Below are positions 60,059 to 64,000 of a stretch of 64,000 bases of DNA, one piece after another. The stretch is taken from the NCBI GenBank assembly GCA_951406725.2, contig OX597840.1:7192001-7256000 (forward strand). The letters run 5' to 3'. The notes beneath the pieces were generated by a model, which worked only from the letters and a program-made list of their open reading frames with translations, had not been told where the DNA came from and ran no database searches. The DNA comes from Octopus vulgaris. Lineage: Eukaryota. The position numbers and the translations under genes are program-made. The number at the start of each line of letters is the position of its first letter. Position 1 is the first letter of the stretch.

Positions 60059-60295
60059 CGTGTAAACTAAATTGAAGGTGGTAATGACAAAAATGGTAGA
60101 ATTTAAAAGGAATAAGGGCAATATTTCGTTTTGTGATCCAGAAAGCAAAACTACTCTAGTCAGCAGAGATTGTTGTTTACTGGAAAGTCAGCAGAGAAAA
60201 TAAAAGAAGTTTTGTTTGAAATTAAATAAAAATGATACAAACTTGAAAAACAATATTTGCTCTTTTCATTTGTTTAGTAAAAATGCTTTTGATTG

Positions 60296-60645
60296 ATCTC
60301 TCTATATATAAATGGCAAAATGTCTGCGTGTGTGTCCTTTATACAAATCCACAATTTTTCAGTTAGAGGACTTGCACTTTCTACGGTCATTCAAAACCAT
60401 CCAAGGGTGGTCATGCACATCTTTACATTTCCCCAGTCACCCCAAAAAGCCATTAAAAAATCAATAGAAGTGACTTTTTTGCGAATTTTCTATCCAAAAC
60501 CCAATGAAAATGCCCGAAACTTGATACGCCAATTGAATGCCAGCTAGCTGTATGTGATTGGTCGGAGATTTGGACAGTACTTGCATGCGTGTGCACATGC
60601 ATGCACTAGCACTATGACCTGGCGTTGTCGGGTCATAGTGCTAGT
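60296..60645 (+). mobile_element. Non-autonomous Helitron-like element (second family)
   Basis: Starts atctctctatatataaa; ends actagcactatgacc...ggtcatagtgctagt (hairpin plus CTAGT). Confidence 0.7.
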
Positions 60646-60926
60646 ATTAATTGAAGAAAGAGTTAAGATTTTCCATTAACTTCAACAGTATAAATATTTA
60701 TTCTTTGATTCGCAATATAAACAGTTCCTTCCTCTGGGCGAATCGGCAGCCTAGGAGCTTATCGGCAGTAGTCTAGTGGAGTGAGTCAATCCTGCCCGTT
60801 CAAGCATAGCGGAGATGCACCATGAGGTAGGAGCTCAAGAGAGCTGCTGAAGACACGTCTGTATCATTCAGATGCTAGCGTCAAAAGAGCCCAAGATGGT
60901 TGTTATCTAACACGAGATCATTTCTA

Positions 60927-61337
60927 GGATCTTTGCGGTTTGAACAGCAGTTTTTAAATATAATTTCCACGTAACTAAATACTTTTAAACTTCGTATACT
61001 GGTACAATATGTTTATAAAACATCTTTTTCTCTTGGCTTTATTGAGAAAATTCTATAGTTTGTAAGATATTTGCTGTTTTTTTTTCTTCAGTTTCTGCAA
61101 TTTCAACCAATCAATGACGTCTATTGAGGTGAAAACATTCTGTGCCGTATGAATATGTCCCTTGTTTAAGAAACAGATTGGGTTTATTTACATTTGTGAA
61201 GAAAAAAAGATACCCATCCCCCACCCCTATCCCTAAAACAGATTGGAATGCAATAGATCGATACTTGGGTCATAATTATGGGTGACAATTTCATATGACA
61301 CTGCTAGAAAAAACTGCTGTTCAAACTGAAAAGATCC
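60927..61337 (+). mobile_element. GGATC-TIR MITE (copy 3)
   Basis: Same sequence family; exact 8-bp TSD catttcta. Confidence 0.88.
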
Positions 61338-61651
61338 CATTTCTAATATATCTCTCAAACAGTGAGGATATCAGCTACGCTATACCTGTATCATGATGAT
61401 TTGTTCTGGATATCAGAATACCGACATCATGATGGCTGCAGAGCCATCTTGAGGCCGTGTTTAATCATTTTCAATAGTCAGTGAAAATGTTTTGCAAAGG
61501 GGAAATATTACCTTATTTGGAAATAGGTGAGGACTGGTGATAGGAAGGGCATCTGGTCAAAGAAAATTTGACCCAATAAACTGTCTGATCTATGCAAGCA
61601 TAGAAAAGTGGATGTTATGATGATGATGATGATGATGTAGGCATGTGTATC

Positions 61652-62012
61652 CGTGGCTGTGTGGTAAGTAGCTTGCTTACCAACCACATGGTTCTGGGTT
61701 CAGTCCCACTGTGTGGCACCTTGGGCTGACCAAAGCCTTGTGAGTGGATTTGGTAGACGGAAATTGAAAGAAGCCCGTCGTATATATATATGTATATATA
61801 TGTGTGTGTGTGTGTTAGTGTGTCTGTTTGTCCCCACCCTCTAACATCACTTGACAACCAATGCAGGTGTGTTTAGGTCCCCGTAACTTAGCGGTTCGGC
61901 AAAAGAGTCCCTATAGAATAAGTAATAGGCTTACAAAGAATAAGTCCTGGGGTCGATTTGCTCGACTAAAGACGGTGCTCCAGCATGGCCGCAGTCAAAT
62001 GACTGAAACAAG
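61652..62012 (+). mobile_element. SINE family A
   Basis: Colinear with other copies, small internal deletion. Confidence 0.85.
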
Positions 62013-64000
62013 TGTGATCTGTGTAGCCATGTGCATGTACGAGAGTATGTATGTATGTATGTATGTAGCTATGTGTATGTATGAGAGTGCTTGTGTTGTA
62101 CTTTTTTTTAAAGTCTGGTACTTATTCAATCAGTTACTTTTGTTGAAACACGTTAATTTACGCTGACATAAACAAACCAACACCGGTTGTGGAGGACAAC
62201 ACAAACATACACACACGTATATGGATACAAAGGAGGATAGGCGAAAATACAACACTGAATGCAGACTGAATCCGAAAAATCTACGTAGAGCTCTAAAATC
62301 AACAGTAGCAGTCATGCGGTCAACTGTATACGCAAGTTATACAATACATACTCATACATATATACGACGGGCTTCCACACATTTTCCTTCTATCAAATTC
62401 TCTCACAAAGTATTGATTACCTGGGGCTATTTATAGTAGAAGCTACTTGCTCAAGATGCCACGCAGTGGTACTGAACCCGAAACTATGTGGTTGTAAAAT
62501 GATCTTAAATGGACAGTCATGCCTGCACAGATTTCATAGTTTTCTATCTTCTGTCACGAAAATATCCATAAAAAAAAAGCACTGATATAAATCAGTGGCA
62601 TTTTACGATTAGTGTTTTTGTTGTTGATTTTTGCTCCCAATTATGCTTTACACTATCACTCTATAGTTATTGTAATTTGTCCGCCATATTGTATACCAAC
62701 TTCGAAAGATAGTAATTTCTGAGTTCAACCTTATAAAAACTAATTTATAAAGCAAAATTAGCAGTCTTTTAAATATACCATATTTTGGGCAAAGGTGGGA
62801 GCGATTGGTTAAGCAAAAAACAAAAAAAAAACTTAGGTCTACGGCAAAAGAATTATGGCTTTTGCCAAGAACATTAGCAATGAGCATAAAATGAATTGAT
62901 TCCAAAGGGGAATTGAAGCTATGTCTTTATTTTAACTCATATGGGTTTTCTACGATCGCCACGAATGTTTAAAGAATGTCGTTATTGAAAGCAGTCAACT
63001 TGAAAATGTCTTATGTCAAGGATTATTGGCAAGAGGCAAAATCAAGTATGGAGGATATAATTCAAACTTTTCGAGAAACGTAAGCTAGGTAACAAAGCAG
63101 AAGGGCTTTAATGGGAGACTCGAGTCTGGTGGCAAAGTAGATTCGTTGCGAGATTATCTCTCCAAAAGACAATAATTGTTTTATCTGAAGAGAAAGTAAA
63201 TTTGTATAAAAATGGCGGAATGTAAAAGAGACGGGCATTATGGGTAGTCATGGACATTAACAGAAGATCAACAACCACTTGTGTTTAACTTAGGAATTAT
63301 GACATATACCATTGGTATATGATATTCTTTATTCGCACGAAGACATTTGGTAAATTAGAAAATTAAGCATAATGAATAATTTTCTTTAAAAATTTTAATA
63401 GCAAAGTGCTTTTTGGCATTATAAACTATAATGAAAAATAAAAAAATAAATACAACATCTATCACATTTATTGCTTTTTCGTGTTTTTTTTAATTAGATA
63501 TCTCATTAAAAAAATTCTGAAACTTGGTTTAATTTTAATAAAACCTTTCCCTCACACAAACTAAAAAACAAAAATAAAACACAGCCAAGGGAGGTAATAA
63601 CTATTCCGAGGAGGCTGTGCAGCAAAAATAAAAAAAAACAAACAAAACACGAAATATAATTTCAGCTTACTTTTTGATCTAATTTTCATATTCCGACTTT
63701 TTAATGTATTTGAACGATAATTTCAAAAAGCACTTCGTGTAAAATTTCGATTTTATAATTTGTTAAATAATTTAAAAGTGGCTGAAATCGAGGCCCCTAT
63801 GTCTTATGTGTGGCGGCCATGAGACTTAATACATTCGAATCCTTACACAGCTTGCTGTGTATTTGCAATATTTGGGAGACATACCGCACATTTTTTGAAC
63901 CACCCCCTTTTTTTAATGTTGTACAAAGAAAACCCTTCCGCTATCACCCCCCAGTTGGTTTTATTTAAGTTGTTTTCTCTCGTGTTTCTCTTCCTCTGCT

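Noticed and set aside
62900-64000. CpG-richer end of the window with short ORFs, AAAATGGCGG and a terminal pyrimidine tract
   Set aside because: Could be a neighbouring promoter or a decayed transposon, but nothing is identifiable without the adjacent sequence.

Overview
AT-rich, repeat-dense animal genomic DNA. The SINE families, (TA)n/(CAT)n microsatellites and TTAGGG motifs suggest a mollusc, probably an Octopus-type coleoid cephalopod (inference). One real protein-coding gene lies on the minus strand: a DBHS-family RNA-binding protein (single invertebrate co-orthologue of NONO/SFPQ/PSPC1, like nonA/hrp65). I reconstructed it by hand as 10 phase-consistent coding exons from 33868 to 10255 (about 664 aa: RRM1-RRM2-NOPS-coiled coil-Gly/Pro/Met-rich tail ending in the NLS-like KRMRRY). 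It includes a GC-AG intron and a 33-nt micro-exon absent from the ORF track. The most interesting structure is a set of small candidate exons with good splice sites around and downstream of the terminal exon, which would give NLS-less and NMD-type isoforms, plus a TATA-containing candidate internal promoter in intron 1. The upstream half (36-62 kb) is a nested transposon graveyard: tRNA-derived SINEs, RTE and CR1 LINE fragments, mariner relics, a DD36E Tc1-like element, Helitron-like elements, four GG...CC MITE families with 8-9 bp target-site duplications, a dispersed 5S rRNA copy, and several repeat families carrying degenerate minimal hammerhead-ribozyme cores. All coordinates were counted by eye; repeat boundaries are approximate.
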